A stretch of 64,000 bases of DNA. Source: an uncultured Dictyoglomota bacterium. Its GTDB lineage: Bacteria > Dictyoglomota > Dictyoglomia > Dictyoglomales > Dictyoglomaceae. Both the position numbers and the translations under genes were made by a program. The stretch lies in NCBI GenBank assembly GCA_964654465.1, contig CAZZIO010000035.1, forward strand, positions 1 through 64,000, written 5' to 3'. Below, in pieces: positions 62,485-64,000 of this stretch (position 1 is the stretch's first letter; each line of letters starts with the position of its first letter). The notes under the pieces are model-generated. The model did not search any database and was not told where the DNA came from. It was given only the letters and a program-made list of their open reading frames with translations.

Positions 62485-64000
62485 ATTAATGCCTCCTTTA
62501 ATTCAGTCTGCCTCTTAACTCCAGTCATGTAATAACCTAATTCTTTTTCATCAACTTCTGATTGACTAAAAGATCCTACTATTTCCCCATTATACATTAC
62601 CAAAATTCTATCACTTAAATTTAAAATTTCATCTAAATCCGCAGAAACAAGAAGCACAGCTTTTCCTTGATTTCTTAGATCTACTAAAAGTTGATGAACA
62701 AATTCTGTAGCTCCTATGTCTAAACCACGAGTTGGTTGAGCTGCGATTAAAAGATCAGGTAAAAAGCTTAATTCCCTTCCTAAAACTATTTTTTGTTGAT
62801 TACCACCTGATAAATTCCTAATAGGTATTTTTATGTTAGGAGTTTTTACTTGATATTTCTCTACAATTTCATTGGCATGTTTATACACTTTTGAATAATC
62901 TATAAATATTCCCTTTGAAAATTTATTAAAATAGTGAAGACCTAAAATACAATTCTCCGCTACAGAGAAATCTAAGATTAATCCTCTTTTATGCCTATCC
63001 TCTGGTATATGACCAAAAAGAAGACGTCTTTGTCTAATCTTTTCCAAAGTTATGTCCTTGTTTTTAAAAAATATTTTTCCTCTTTTTAAAGGTAAAAGCC
63101 CTACTATAGCTTCTACAAGCTCAGATTGTCCATTTCCCTCAACTCCTGCTATACCCAAAATTTCTCCCTCTCTTATATTAAAAGATACACCTTTAACTAC
63201 ATCTAATCCCTTTCTTCCCCTTACCCATATATCCTCAACTCTAAATATTTCGCCTCCTCTTTCTCTCTTAATTTTATCAACTTTTAGAAAAACCTCTCTT
63301 CCTACCATCATTTGAGCGAGTTCAAACTTATTTGTTTCTTTAGTATTTACTGTATTTACTAATTTTCCTCTTCTCATTACACTTACTCTATCAGATATCT
63401 CAAGGACTTCATTCAACTTATGAGAAATAAATATTATGGTTTTCCCTTGAGAAGAAAGCTTTCTAAGAATAGTGAAAAGCTCTTCTACTTCTTGGGGAGC
63501 TAACACAGCTGTAGGTTCATCTAAAATTAATATTTCAGCCTTTCTGTATAAAAGTTTCAAAATTTCTACCCTTTGGGCCTCACCAACAGAAAGATTTTCA
63601 ACCTTTTCATACAAATCTATTTTAAAACCAAGAGAATTAATAATTTCATTTAGAGTCTCTTCAGCTTTTTTTAAATTTAAAGATATACCATTTTTTACTT
63701 CTGATCCCAAAATAATATTTTCAATAACTGTAAAAGGAGGTATCAGCATAAAATGCTGATGCACCATACCTATACCATAATTTATAGCAATTTTAGGAGA
63801 ATGTATATTAACCTTTTTCCCACTTATATAAATTTCACCTTTATCTGGTCTATAAAGACCATATATTATCTTCATTAAGGTAGATTTTCCAGCACCATTT
63901 TCTCCAACAATTGCATGAATTTCTCCCTTATAAATTGTTAAGGATACATTATCGTTTGCAACAACTCCTGGGAAAATCTTAGTGATTCCTTCTAATCTTA
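62481..64000 (-). CDS. Nucleoside-type (CUT2) ABC ATPase, 5' end beyond the window
   Basis: Frame runs to the window edge (IFPGVVANDNV..GENGAGKSTLM); LSGGNQQK in the second domain. Confidence 0.92.
   Translation of the reverse strand, partial: RLEGITKIFPGVVANDNVSLTIYKGEIHAIVGENGAGKSTLMKIIYGLYRPDKGEIYISGKKVNIHSPKIAINYGIGMVHQHFMLIPPFTVIENIILGSEVKNGISLNLKKAEETLNEIINSLGFKIDLYEKVENLSVGEAQRVEILKLLYRKAEILILDEPTAVLAPQEVEELFTILRKLSSQGKTIIFISHKLNEVLEISDRVSVMRRGKLVNTVNTKETNKFELAQMMVGREVFLKVDKIKRERGGEIFRVEDIWVRGRKGLDVVKGVSFNIREGEILGIAGVEGNGQSELVEAIVGLLPLKRGKIFFKNKDITLEKIRQRRLLFGHIPEDRHKRGLILDFSVAENCILGLHYFNKFSKGIFIDYSKVYKHANEIVEKYQVKTPNIKIPIRNLSGGNQQKIVLGRELSFLPDLLIAAQPTRGLDIGATEFVHQLLVDLRNQGKAVLLVSADLDEILNLSDRILVMYNGEIVGSFSQSEVDEKELGYYMTGVKRQTELKEALI

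Noticed and set aside
1-64000. CRISPR arrays, IS elements, prophage or defence genes
   Set aside because: No regularly spaced repeats and no transposase, integrase or phage-like ORF was recognised by eye

Overview
Low-GC bacterial chromosome segment; gene style and content suggest a Dictyoglomus-like thermophilic anaerobe, but this is inference and was not searched. Most of the window is core genome: 5S rRNA, tlpA, 5-formyl-THF cyclo-ligase, panT-coaX, the rimP-nusA-infB-rbfA-truB-ribF operon, rpsB-tsf-pyrH-frr-uppS-cdsA-dxr, galTK, a T-box-controlled ilv-leu-cimA operon, gatCAB, oppDF, tRNA-Leu(GAG), recA, plsC-plsC-ispH-der-plsY-gpsA and a nucleoside-type ABC transporter. Two accessory blocks stand out: a FecR/beta-barrel + CHASE2 cyclase + GAF-HD-GYP signalling operon (3.3-8.7 kb) and a type IV pilus locus with two convergent minor-pilin sets (36.3-48.9 kb). 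The most notable items are: (1) a candidate ~88-nt sRNA whose C-rich loop mimics the anti-Shine-Dalgarno and is perfectly complementary over 13 nt to the RBS of a minor pilin gene 38 kb away; (2) a der gene with no ATG/GTG/TTG start upstream of its G1 motif; (3) a RibF-Cmk fusion; (4) two small proteins missed by the ORF track; (5) a 24-bp palindromic terminator built from two overlapping gene ends. No CRISPR array, integrase or transposase was seen.
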